Of a stretch of 64,000 bases of DNA, positions 37,315 through 64,000 are shown in pieces. Each line of letters opens with the position of its first letter. Position 1 is the stretch's first letter. The notes beneath the pieces were generated by a model, which was not told the origin of the DNA, searched no databases, and saw only the letters and a program-made list of their open reading frames with translations. The position numbers and the translations under genes are program-made. Location of the stretch: assembly GCA_012295275.1 (NCBI GenBank), contig CM022676.1, positions 4,464,001-4,528,000 on the forward strand, read 5' to 3'. The DNA comes from Chrysomallon squamiferum. Lineage: Eukaryota; Animalia; Mollusca.

Positions 37315-39017
37315 ATGTTGCGTTTTAAAATTGGACCGCGACACAGAAAAATGGCATCGTTAGAAGGCTTAGGCAGCGGGCCGGAAGGAAGGATTAAACG
37401 ATTACGTAAAATGGTGACAGGTTTGATTCGATACGAAAGAATCGAAACAGCTCAAAGTCACGGCGATGAAGCAAGGGGTTACGCAGAACGTGTAAGTGTC
37501 GTTAATAGGCAGACGTCAAAACTTATTATTAGACATCAGAAATATGTTTTTGTATGGAACAGGAACCATGCCATCACAGACTAGTCTTTTACAGTAACCA
37601 GCAGTAATTCGAATATCGAGATACGCACCTTAAGTTCGTAACTCAGGTTTTCCCATTTGTTATTTCTACATTTGTTTCTTTTACTTTCTCAGAATCATTA
37701 AAATGCCCATCTGCATGCACAATGTAACATGACAGGTCAGAAAGCACTTACAATAGGTTTTAAAAAACCCAGTCCTAGTCACTGTGCGCTTAAAAGATAA
37801 GTGGGTATATTAATAAATAATTGGTAATAATGTGTGTATTGATTTAATTTGATTTAATTTTAATATTTACTTTTTTTGCATTTTTTTCCTTCAGTGGTTG
37901 ATAGACGTGATTATGGTTAAATAATTGTAATTAAATTGTAAATTAATAGTTAATTACAAAAATTTTATGTATTTATTTTTTATTATTATTATTTTATATT
38001 ATTTTTTTATTTATTTTTTGTTGTTGTTGTTCTTTTTGTTTTGTTTTGCTGTATTTGTTTTGTACTCAGTGGTTTATAGACATGTTTGTGATAAAGAGTG
38101 AATAATAAGTTACTTACAGATGAACTAAAATGTAAACTGTTTGTCTCATTATTATTCAATTTATTGTTATTTATTTATGTATTTATCCTTGCAGCTGATT
38201 CAGTTGGCAATTAAAAATGGAGATAAGCACAAAGAAACAATGGAAATGGCAGACTTCTGGCTGTTGGTATGTCTTACTATTTTTTCTTTCAATTCTTTCA
38301 TCAATTATATGTTACTTTAATTTTTATTACAATTTAATGTGACTGTTATGCATTCCAAAAAAATATTAAAATTACTCAGTGTTATAATTATTATCAAATA
38401 CTGAATCAAATAATATTTTTCTCTCTTGCAGGAAAAAGATTTAGTTCACAAACTTTTCAAAGTGCTTGTTCCCCGCTATCAAAATTACACAACATCTTAC
38501 ACAAAAATGTGGAACCTGCCAATAAAATACCCAGGATTTGGACATCAGAGTAGTGTTTTGGAATTAAAAGGTAAATAAATTTATTTATTTTCAAAAACCT
38601 GATCTTTATATGTACCAGTTACAGACTTATGCCTACGTGTACGATATTTTTAAAGAAAAGAACAGCATTATTACAATTATGTTTAAATTCAGCCTGATTA
38701 TTAGACACTAATGCATATCTTAGAGCATTTTCAGTTTATTTATTTAACTAATGATAGTTGTGTGAAACAGATGTGGCAGTATGTGAGATACATGGTAGGA
38801 TACGGTTTGTATGTTGAGGAATTAAAATCTCTTGAAGTCTGGGTTGTTGTAATCTGCACAAACAGCACTAAACATGTTGAGTTCAAAATAATAATAATGA
38901 TAATGATGAAAATAATATAAGGAGAAAAAGTTGAGATTACAATAAAAACATGAGATTACATGGAATTTGTTATTATATAAAGAAAATGATTTTGTTCTGC
39001 AACAAAATACGAGGAGT

Positions 39018-39057
<40 letters not shown>

Positions 39058-39364
39058 GTCTGTCTGTCTGTCTGTCTTTGTCTGTCTGTCTGTCTTCTAT
39101 TTTCAGTTAATAAGTTATGCATTTTATTTTCCAAAAAAAGGTAACCCCTGGCCTCCAGTAAAACCAGAACAGAGAGAAACGAAATATCTTCTATCAAACA
39201 TTCTACTGCAAGCTGCCAGAAACGAATATGTCGAAAACCTCGCCAAGCAAGACACTGTCAATAGAGAATCAACAAACGAGAGGGTTGATGATGTCAGTGA
39301 CAGCGACACGAAAAATACAACACAACAAATGGATGACATGAATTTGAAAGAGAAACAGACATGA
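37315..39364 (+). CDS. MRPL17: Mitochondrial ribosomal protein L17 (bL17m)
   Basis: Exons 37315-37491 (RLRKMVTGLIRYERIET...EARGYAER), 38195-38266 (LIQLAIKNGD...MADFWLL), 38432-38570 (EKDLVHKLFKVLVPRY...VLELK), 39141-39364 (GNPWPP...). Confidence 0.95.
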
Positions 39365-42078
39365 TGATGAATAATTATTATTATTATTTTTTATTAAATT
39401 CTGTTTATGCTGATAATACGTCAAATGTTTATACTGCATGGCTCGTGACTTTGGGATTTACAAATGCAGTGACAGCAGTAATAAAAATATAACAAGAAGA
39501 AATCAGACATTCATATGGTTTCCTAATTATAATCCTATCTTGTACTAATGTCTGCAACTGTGTGTAGTAAAGTCTTCATATATGATGAAACAAAATTGTT
39601 TATTTTCTTTCTATCAAATATTTTGTACTGTTATAATATTATTATTATTGTTATTATTATTGTTATTCTTATTATTATTATTATTATTACTATTATTATA
39701 TATTTATTTATTTTTATTTTTTGTTCTAACAATTTATTTACAGTTAAGGACCATGTTGATATGTCGCCAGAAAGAATGCTGCAGCTACTGTAAATTTCTG
39801 GGGGGTTTTCAATTAGCTGACAAGTAATTTTAACTGTACCTTCCCTGGGCAGTACAGTGCATACCACTGCCTTTTATAAACCTGTCAAAGTGCATAAAAT
39901 TGTCTGAATGATTAATAAGAGGTGCATGTGATGCCTGATTGAAGCCACAGGCTCGTGTGGTAAAATAAGAGTGAAATTTGTTCTTCTCTGTTGTTTTAAT
40001 AGAAGCACATAACCGAGTATATGCTAAAACGGGAAATAAGGTGTTTTTTAATGAGAAGGGGCAATTCTGTAAAACTGTTAAAGGCCTGTAATTGTATTTG
40101 TACTCCACAATAACAAACAAAATTCTAAAAATTCCTTTCTATTCAGTATTCATCGAGTTTTAACATTGTTGTATAATTATTTATCTGCACGTAGATTTTT
40201 CAAAAATTTGAAAAAATGGAGAATATACTTAGTATTGATAAATAATTATTTCTCACGATGCGCCAATGTACATAACTATTTTTTACTCAAAATGTGCCAG
40301 TGTAACTGAACTAGCTACAGATCACTTTCTTATGTACTAAACATCATGTCTTTTTGGATGGATTTTGTCATCTAGGAAAGAACTGGAAAAGAATTAGTAT
40401 GTTAGACAAAATTTCACGTCTAAATAAATTATCAACAGCCTTTAGGCCTGTGGACTAAATGTAATCGAGATGGGGTTTTTTTTTGGGGGGGGGTTCTTAA
40501 ATGAATTCTAAGATGACAACAATATATATATATATATATATATTTTATTTTATTTTATTTTATTTTATTTTTTACTTTTTATTTGTTTTAAGTACTATAA
40601 ATTAATAAATATTAGCGAATTGCTCTTTTGCATTATATATTATCCGCTGTTGAAGATATTGTGCACATTTTTCTCCAAGCAATAATGTGGAAACAAGATG
40701 TCTCAAGCTAATTTTTTCAGCAACTATCTTTCATTTATTTTCATTGATCCTGAAGAAATGAAAATGTTCAAGCTTTTTGTTATTATTATCATTAGTATCA
40801 CCATCTTTAGTACCATCATTGTCATTATCCATATTTTTAGTAAGATCCAAACATTGATTCCGGTTCGGTTTTTATCCTTTGTTATTAAAACTAGGCATTT
40901 CGTTCGTTTCTATTATAGAATTAATTTGAAAATATCGGCTGTCATTATATTAAAAAATAATAATAAATATAATCAAAAACCCCAAAATATTTCAAGCATG
41001 CAGAAAGCAACCAAAACAAAAATAATTTAAAATTCCTCATTTCAGGAAATATTGTTTTTGACCTTTATTATTGTGTAATTTCTTCCTTTATTCTGGACAG
41101 ATACAGCGCTAAATAATTAATATTAATTTTGGTAATCATCAAGATGTGGTGCGTTTACATTAGCCGCCAGTTACTGAATTAAAAATGGGATCTTAACTAT
41201 AGAGTTTAAAATCACCGTAGTGAATAAAAATATGTGTTATTTATAAATCTAAATTGTAAAATCGGCACTATTTAACAAATAAGAAAATATTTGCGTATTT
41301 TATTTAATGCGTAAAGAGTTAGCATGTATATAATATAAATGAAAAGGGTCAACTCAAAGATGTATTTATTTACTTGTATACTTATTTACTGACTTAGTTA
41401 CTTACCGACTTACTTACTTATTTACTTTGCCATTTCTGTGCACGTACACCGTTTCACAAGGAGGAATTTACTTCACTATCAATTGTGTCAAGGTAAACAG
41501 TTATGATAATCGGTTTATATTTTGAATAATATGTTTAAATATGAATACAATTATTTATTTAATTAGACATTCTTACTCTGAATTATATGTATAGAACGAA
41601 AAATTTATACACTGATAAAATTAATTACGATTTTATTACAAATGCTGGCAACTTTAAATCAATAAATGATATGCTTTGGTCTATTATCGATGGTTGCCTA
41701 TATCATAGAAAAAGTTGCTCTCGCAAACAAATTATCTGTTTTCTTTCTTTTTTCTTAAAAGTTATTAGAAAGATTAAAAATCGATCGTAAAAAAAAATAA
41801 TAATAATAATAATAATAAACAACCGTAAAGTGAAAACAGAAATACCAAATAAGTAAATAAATAAAATTATTATCGAAATATGTCTTAAACATACATACAG
41901 ATCTAACAATAAATCGTATACTGCTACTAATATTAACTGTATTTTTATTTATATTTATAGTTTTGAAAATTTCTTCGACCTTATTTTTATTGTTGTTGTT
42001 GGTCATGTAACAGCAACAGTAGTAGTTCTATTAACAGAAAGAGTGGCAGTGGTAATGGTGGTGACACTAATGGCGATG

Positions 42079-42117
<39 letters not shown>

Positions 42118-42569
42118 ACAAAACATTTCCACATTTCAGGTAAAACAACAACGAGAAGCTTTTAGGACTATCATGAAATGGCCTGAACAAAAAACATTGA
42201 CAAGTCACTGGGTATGCTATTCGTCTTCATATACAAATTTCATGGTACAGAAATTGTAACAACAAAAAAGAAGTGTTAATAATTATATTTGCATGTGTTA
42301 TAGTAACATCTTAAACACATTAATTCTATGTTCATTATTTTTTATTCTCAACCAAGAATTAGAAAACTGAGTGTGAGGCATTGCAGGAGATTTAAACAAG
42401 TCCTGTAATTCTGTTTTTCCTATATCTAATTATTAAATTTGTTTATTTTGAGGAGTTCACTCTTTCGTTTTATTCATCATATAAAATAAAGAATATATCC
42501 AAAAATTTAATTACTTAACGTTAAGTATAGTTTGATTGCTAAATCAAAGCGGCAAATTTGTTTAATAAA

Positions 42570-42606
<37 letters not shown>

Positions 42607-42817
42607 TATATTTTTGCCAGACGTATGGATTTATATTTTCTGTGATGAATTTGAATCTTTGGCATTAAGATGTCATTCCAGCCTGTGGCAACGAAGATTA
42701 TAATTCTTTCAAAAGATGATAATGATTTTAACACTATGTCATACTTGATTACTTTATTTTATTGGACCGTCAAAGACAAGTAAAAAAAAAATTAAAAATA
42801 AAAATAAAAGAATAAAA

Positions 42818-43676
42818 ATGCCTAAAAATCATTTTGAAGTCCTGGGTGTTAAACCGACTGCAACGGAAGAGGAAATTAAAAAAGCTTACAGAACGCTAGC
42901 TAAAAAATGGCATCCGGATAAAAACAGAGCCAGTGGTGCGGAAGATAAATTCAAAGAAATTTCCGCAGCTTACGATTTCCTTCAGAGCAAGGATAGGAGA
43001 GAAATACTGGCCAGAGATCTCTCTAAACCAAAAGACGAAAAATTACACAAAACCGAAACAAGGGAAAAACACTCGTACAAATTCTACGACACCAAAACCG
43101 GCGAAAAGAAAGGCAAATCCCATTGGAGTACATTTTTTGGTAAAGACAAGAAGAAAACAAAAGCCGAAGAAACGCCAGGTTTTTCATTTGCTCGTTCCAA
43201 ACCCACCGAAGATGAGACATTTCCGGAAGCAACAACATCAAAATCGAGTTCAGGATCCAGCAACAAAAGGACGCCGAACAAAAAATACTCGCACGCTTTC
43301 CGTTCTTTTGTCGATCAGTTGGAAAATGACTTCGACAGCTTTTTCGGTAAAAGGGACTCGTTTTCGGTGTTCTTTGATGGACCGGATCCTTTTGCTACAT
43401 TTTTCGGACCAGACGCGTTCCCCACAGCAACGTCCCCGAAAACGAAACCCAAAAGTAAAACGACTCCAAGAAATGTTGCCCCTGAAACAGGACAGGTGGA
43501 CGGACTTGATGAGGAGTATTTGTTCTCACCTAGAAGTCAACAGAAACATTCTAAGCATACTTTTAACATCTCTGACGATGAAGGTGTACCTGGTAGGTAG
43601 CATATTGGAGTGTTGTGGATTTGGGGCTTAATTAAATTATTACTATTAGTAGTAGTAGTAACAGTAATAGCAGTAT

Positions 43677-43719
<43 letters not shown>

Positions 43720-43999
43720 TTGAATTATAAATTATAAATAATAAGTCCTAAAGAAATGTAATTCAAAGAAAAGAAACTAATAATGAATTCTTATTAGTAT
43801 GTTATTACTATCATTATCATTATTTTTATTTTTTTGCAGTAATAGAAGTAGTAGTAGTAATTAATATTATTATCACTATCATCATCATCATCATCATTAT
43901 TATAAACATTATTTACTAAACTTTACAGGTCCCAAAGAAAAGTGTATCTATTGTGGAAAGAAATTTCTTCTCTACAGACTGGTAAGTTAGTAATATACT

Positions 44000-44069
<70 letters not shown>

Positions 44070-46307
44070 CAAACACACACACATGCATACATACAGACTC
44101 ACACACTCATTTACTGTAATATTTATAAGCTATATATACTCGCACATACATAAACACACATACATATAAATTCACTTTGAGAGTATTTGATTATAAGACA
44201 GTCAACACAATATAATTTTTTTTTTGACATTTTTTATTATTTTACAGCGAGCACACGAAGAAGTATGTGGGAAAATAAAAGGAAGTTCGAGCGAAGAAGA
44301 CGAATTTTCATCCGATGAAAGTTACCAAATTCCTCGACAGTTTAGTGACTGGCGATCGACTCATGAAGATTTACTAAACAAAATACGCAGAGACAAGGAA
44401 GCTGGCAGAAGAAGGGCGTCAGAGGCTAAAAACTTGTAATATTTTAAAATATATACTGAACACAAAAAGTTAGGGATTGTTACCGTTTTTGTTTAATTAT
44501 CTTGTTTTATGTAAATAAGATTGTCGCAGTCACTCTGTTGTCACAATTTATTACTGAGAGTACGTTTTTTGTTTACTGAATTAATCTGATTTTCATATTT
44601 AGTGGGCTTTTATGTTGTTATTTCGTAAATGAAAATATGTAATGATCTGACAATTTTTATATTTTCGTTCAGGATAATTCGTTTTCATCGTCGAATGAGG
44701 TGTATTTGATAAGGAAATTAATTACTGAAATATTATTAGCAATCAATTTGTCATTTTAAAGATTTTTGTTTTTCTTATGAACTTTCAAGCTCCAGAAATG
44801 TCAAAAAGTTTGTTTCACTGTCCCTTATGTTAGTTCATTTCTCTCCTTTTGAAACTATCTAAAATACTCTTACTTTCTCACAATTTTTTATTTTGTTTTT
44901 TAATTTTTTAAATTTTTTATTCTTAATACTTTTTTTTTGGAGGGAAGCTTTATTACACTTTTCTTTCTTTCTTTCTTTCTTTCTATCTCTTACTTCTCTC
45001 TCTCTCTCTTACTCACTCTCCCTCCCTCATCCGTTTTCCCCTCTTCCCATCTTCCTTTCTGCATCCTCTCCCCACTCTTCTCTCTTATTCACATTTGTAT
45101 CTTGCTACTGCCCACAGCTGTGATAAACTGTCCAACATGTGGGAAAAGTTTTACTCTGCTGGCCGCAGAGCATCACATACCATTCTGTTACGAGCGTGCA
45201 AAAATGAAGGGGACTGCCTGGAAATCGTGGAATGCAGCAGGCCATTCAACGAAAGATCAGATGGTCTGTAGATAATCAAATTCTTAAAACTGATATAGAT
45301 TTACTAGGGTTTTATTGGAATTCAGTATTCTTATGATTTCACAGTGGTAGATATGCTATAAGACATTATTACTGAAAATTTATCAAAGTAGTTGCTGAAG
45401 AGATATGTAAATAATAGGCTAAATTTCTGTTAAAGAATTTTTGAAATAAAAAAATTAATAATAATAATACCACTGCTGCTACTTCTAGAAACATCTATTA
45501 TCAGAATTGTTACCGCTACTACTACTACTACTACTATCACTACTAATACCACTATCATTATAATCATCCTCAAGATCAGTATTACCTTCAGCAGCAGCAT
45601 CATCATCGTTATCCTCATCATCATTATTATTATGTTCTTATTTTTAATTCTTAGTTGTAGTAGTAGCACTATTTTTATTACTATTATTTTTATCGTTGTT
45701 GTTGTTATCATCATTATCATCATTATCATTATTATTATCATTATATTTAACTGTTATCAGGGTGACAGAAAAGCATCAGAAAAGACATGGAAATATTCTG
45801 CGAATGCTGCAGGCACCAGCACACAGTCTGCTAATTTCAACATGGACCAAACTCGACCTTCCAAAGGTGAGATTATTCTTCCACACTCTGCTGTCACTCC
45901 CCCATCAAAGGAGCACTGAGATGTTTTTCCCAATCCTGTCAGCTATCTGATACTTAGAGAATTTAACACATTCAAGCAGTCACGACAGTTTGTTTTAGGA
46001 ACTGGTGTACACTGAATTTCAGGTTTCGAACAATAGGTCAAATTTTCTTTATCATTTATTTCACCAGTGATCTGGAGACACCTTTAGTTTCTCATTTTCA
46101 CAGGCTGCACCATTATGATATTTACAAATATCTGACAGTAAAATATTCTTCTCACTTTTATTGTTGCTTAGATAAAACTAAAAAATAAAATGCCTCTGAT
46201 TCCATACTGGTATAGAAACTGAACACAAATTAAAAGCAGGTTGAGGAATGATATTACTTTGAATACCACCCGACTCTCCACATCCATCACTGAAATATTT
46301 TGTAGTC

Positions 46308-46349
<42 letters not shown>

Positions 46350-46701
46350 CATGTTATGAGAGTTATATCACAGGGTCAAACAAAAGTTGTGGAGCATTTT
46401 GTTTTTTCCAGTTCCACCCCTCCTGTTGAATTAGTATACTTTAACAACTTACGTGTACGTTTTAACAAAAAAATTCATTATAACAGAGTGATTATCAATA
46501 AGAAATTGTAGGTAACTGTGATCAGTTTTGATTAGTAGATGAACAGACTGCATTTCCCGTTCCAACCAAGGCTCTGTGACTGTATAATTGATAAAAGATA
46601 AATCATAACAAAGTGTGTTACGAGAAGTTTGTCTCTCTCAATCAATATTTATTAGTCAATTATTGATGTTCACAAATATCTAACAGTAGATACATACATA
46701 T

Positions 46702-46744
<43 letters not shown>

Positions 46745-47545
46745 TATGTTTGTTTGTTTATTTGTTTATTTTTTTTTATGTTTATTTATTTCTTACTTCA
46801 TTCATTAATTTATTTAACTTAATAATTTATTTATATATACTAATATGTTTCATATATATATTTATTTATTTATTTATTTATTTATTTACCTACTTACTTA
46901 CTTAGTTAATCACTTTCTTGTATATTATTCAGAATCGGGGAGTCAGGAAAAATCACCATCATATAAAAAACCTTCACCAAAATCCACAGAGAAACCAAGG
47001 TAAAAATAATGTCTGATTGTATTACAGTGGTTATTAATATGTCAATATTTATTTGTATGCCTTTATTTAGTATTTATTTGGGCTCGTAATTGTGTTATTG
47101 TTATTGTTATTTAATTTTATTGTGATTGTTATTGTTATCATTATAACTATTATTGATTGATTGTCTTATTGTTGTTATTATTATTATTATTATTTAATTT
47201 TTCATTTTCATTACTGTTATTACTGTTAACTATTATTATTATTATTATATTATTATTATTATCATTATTATAATATTATTATCATCATAATCATCCTATC
47301 ATCATCATGATTATTATTATTATTATTATTATTATTATTGTTATTGTTATTGTTATTGTTATTGTTATTGTTATTGTTATTGTTATTACAGTACTAGCAA
47401 ACAAACAGATGATGATATTTCTTTCGGGGTTCACGGTTCTGGAATAAAAACGAGCACAGTTGGTTCAGGATGTCCCACATGTCGCAGAAAATTCGGTAAA
47501 AACGCCAAATTCACTTGCAGCTGTGGCACAAAAAAGTCGATGTGA
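42818..47545 (+). CDS. J-domain (DnaJ) protein fused to ZC2HC1/FAM164-like C2HC zinc fingers and a C-terminal zinc ribbon
   Basis: Exon 42818-43592 has a J domain ([14 protein letters not shown]...[11 protein letters not shown]). 43929-43981 plus 44248-about 44435 give [20 protein letters not shown] and [16 protein letters not shown]. 45118-45263 gives [20 protein letters not shown]. Then 45761-45866, 46933-46999 and 47392-47545 ([19 protein letters not shown]). The 44435-45118 junction is unresolved (possible small exon near 44673-44701). Confidence 0.8.
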
Positions 47546-48204
47546 ACAACGATCTCGGAACATCTCCAAATTTTTTGTTTACTTTAACTGCCAAAAAAAA
47601 AAATGGACGAAAACAAGGACAAAGACCCCAAAACCTGGACTCAGTTAACAAAATATATAAAAATCATCAGAAATTTTGCCCGAAAAAAATGGATCATGAA
47701 AAATTATTAGGAGTGAAAAGAAGATGATGAAGATGATTTTGACGATGATGATGATGAGGATGATGTGATGATGATAATGATGATGAATGTAACGTAAGAA
47801 CAAAACTAGACATTAGCTGCTATGATTATGAATATAAATACTCATGTATATTCAGAAGATTTTGATGATGATGAAGAAGAACACTTAATATATAATAATA
47901 TAACGAGGAAAGAAAAGTATATTTACAATGATGATGATGATGTGATTACTAGGTTGCAACTGAGACAATGATATTTACAGTCAATAATAAACATGGTGTC
48001 AAAATAAAAATAAAAATAATAACAATTTAATTTTCAAATGCAAAACATAGTATAGTCATTTTTAAGTAATTTATTTTTTATGGTGCCTGTTTCGTTTCAA
48101 GCCTAATTCATTATTTTAATTATTTTGTTGTTATAGCACATATACATTCTGTTTACATTTGTCTTATTTGTTATTGTTTTTTTTTTTTTTTTTTACTTTT
48201 GTTA

Positions 48205-48247
<43 letters not shown>

Positions 48248-48975
48248 ACATTTCAAAAGCTTTAAAAACACCAAATAAAGAAATATATTTTTCTATGATA
48301 CGATAAAAATGTATTTTATTTTTGTGATATTTTAACTTAATTATTTTGTGATATTTTAACTTAATTATTCTGTGATATTTTCATATACATTTTAATTTCT
48401 CATATTATGTGGATTACTTTACATCTTGTGTTCATTTATGAAGACACAAGATTAGTGATTAGGTACTGCTTTATTTTGTTGTTGTTTTTTGTGTTTTTTT
48501 ACCTGTACAGGTATTATTAATTTAATCTCTATTTAATAACAAATGAAGGCATAAGATAATGTTGCTATACAAAAGAATAAAACTCATTATAAATGTAATG
48601 TGATTTGCTTGTCATTATGGTGAAATTCAGATTATGTATTTTATATGGTGTGTGTGTGACTGTGTGTGTGTGTGTGTCTGTGTGTGTGGGTGTATGTGTT
48701 AATGAGTGTGTGTTTGTATGAGTTGTGTATCCCTACATTGTGTTGACACCTCTGTATGTTTATGTATTCATTTTAAAAGGAGCATATGTTACAATAACAA
48801 AATAAAAAATGTCATTATTTACTTCTTTTTTTTAATTTATTTATAATAATAGTCTGTATTGTTTTTTTCTCTCAAATACACACCATTTGTTGCAATAATT
48901 TTATATATATGTTTATTTTTGTTTATTGTTGTTATATTGAAAAGTGTGTAGTCTGACACATAAATCTTGGCATTT

Positions 48976-49023
<48 letters not shown>

Positions 49024-49199
49024 TAATAAATAAATAAATAAATAAGTAAAATTGATATTTGATTTTAATTTCTGAATGAAATGTACAAAGGAATGGTACA
49101 TGAAAATAAATAAACAAACAAACAAATTAGTTAATAAGTGAAAAAATAAAAATAAAACACTCGCGGTCAAAAGCTGTGAAATAAAAAATTTCAGTAAAC

Positions 49200-49234
<35 letters not shown>

Positions 49235-49436
49235 TTGGTTTTTTAAATGAAAAATCTATCGGAAGTAAAGTTAGCAGGTATGAAAAATTAATTCTAAACA
49301 AGAAAAAAAGAAAGAAAAAAGAACAAAACAAAACTAAACAAAGGATTTTATACAAATGAAACGGAAATACACGATGTAATTCTTATAATCACCAGCCGTT
49401 TCCTATACCGCACCTGTTAAGAATTCCCCTTCACTG

Positions 49437-49505
49437 TGACGTCAAAGGTATTCCCCTGTTTTCAAGAAGAGGCTCATGGATATGCATGAAAAGGAAAATG
49501 GCGGC
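49437..49505 (+). promoter_or_regulatory. CRE (TGACGTCA) and YY1 (AAAATGGCGGC) motifs upstream of USF3
   Basis: Perfect CRE at 49437-49444 and YY1 consensus at 49495-49505, 55-120 bp before the ATG. Confidence 0.5.
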
Positions 49506-49558
49506 TTCCAAAGCAAAGAATCTTTTTGGTCCGCCAAATACTTGATTTTAGCATAACC

Positions 49559-64000
<14,442 letters not shown>

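Noticed and set aside
39121-39141. Purine-rich acceptor CCAAAAAAAG before the last mRpL17 exon
   Set aside because: Still a canonical AG with an upstream pyrimidine tract, and it gives the expected LKGNP junction.
42933-43631. 232-aa alternative-frame ORF overlapping the DnaJ exon
   Set aside because: GTG start, no recognisable domain; plausibly a by-product of codon usage in the real frame.

Overview
AT-rich, microsatellite-dense animal genomic DNA with GT-AG introns; a lophotrochozoan or mollusc-like origin is an inference only. Bases 1-30,200 hold a segmentally duplicated cluster of Ig-superfamily (CEACAM-like) receptor genes, which I assembled exon by exon by hand. Gene A (+) is a secreted single V-like domain. 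Gene B (+) is a transmembrane receptor with a frameshifted C2 exon and a tail built from tandemly duplicated tyrosine-motif exons. Gene C (-) is an intact 4-Ig transmembrane receptor whose tail fits both ITIM and ITAM patterns. Their N-terminal domains vary in CDR-like loops on a near-fixed framework. The cluster abuts a GAREM/THEMIS-like CABIT-SAM adaptor gene (-), followed by mRpL17 (+), a J-domain/ZC2HC1-like zinc-finger fusion gene (+) and USF3 (+, runs off the window, one apparent frameshift). A Tc1 relic and Tigger-like relics lie in introns. Most short ORFs in the track are microsatellite artefacts. Gene models come from splice signals and phase logic and lack transcript support.
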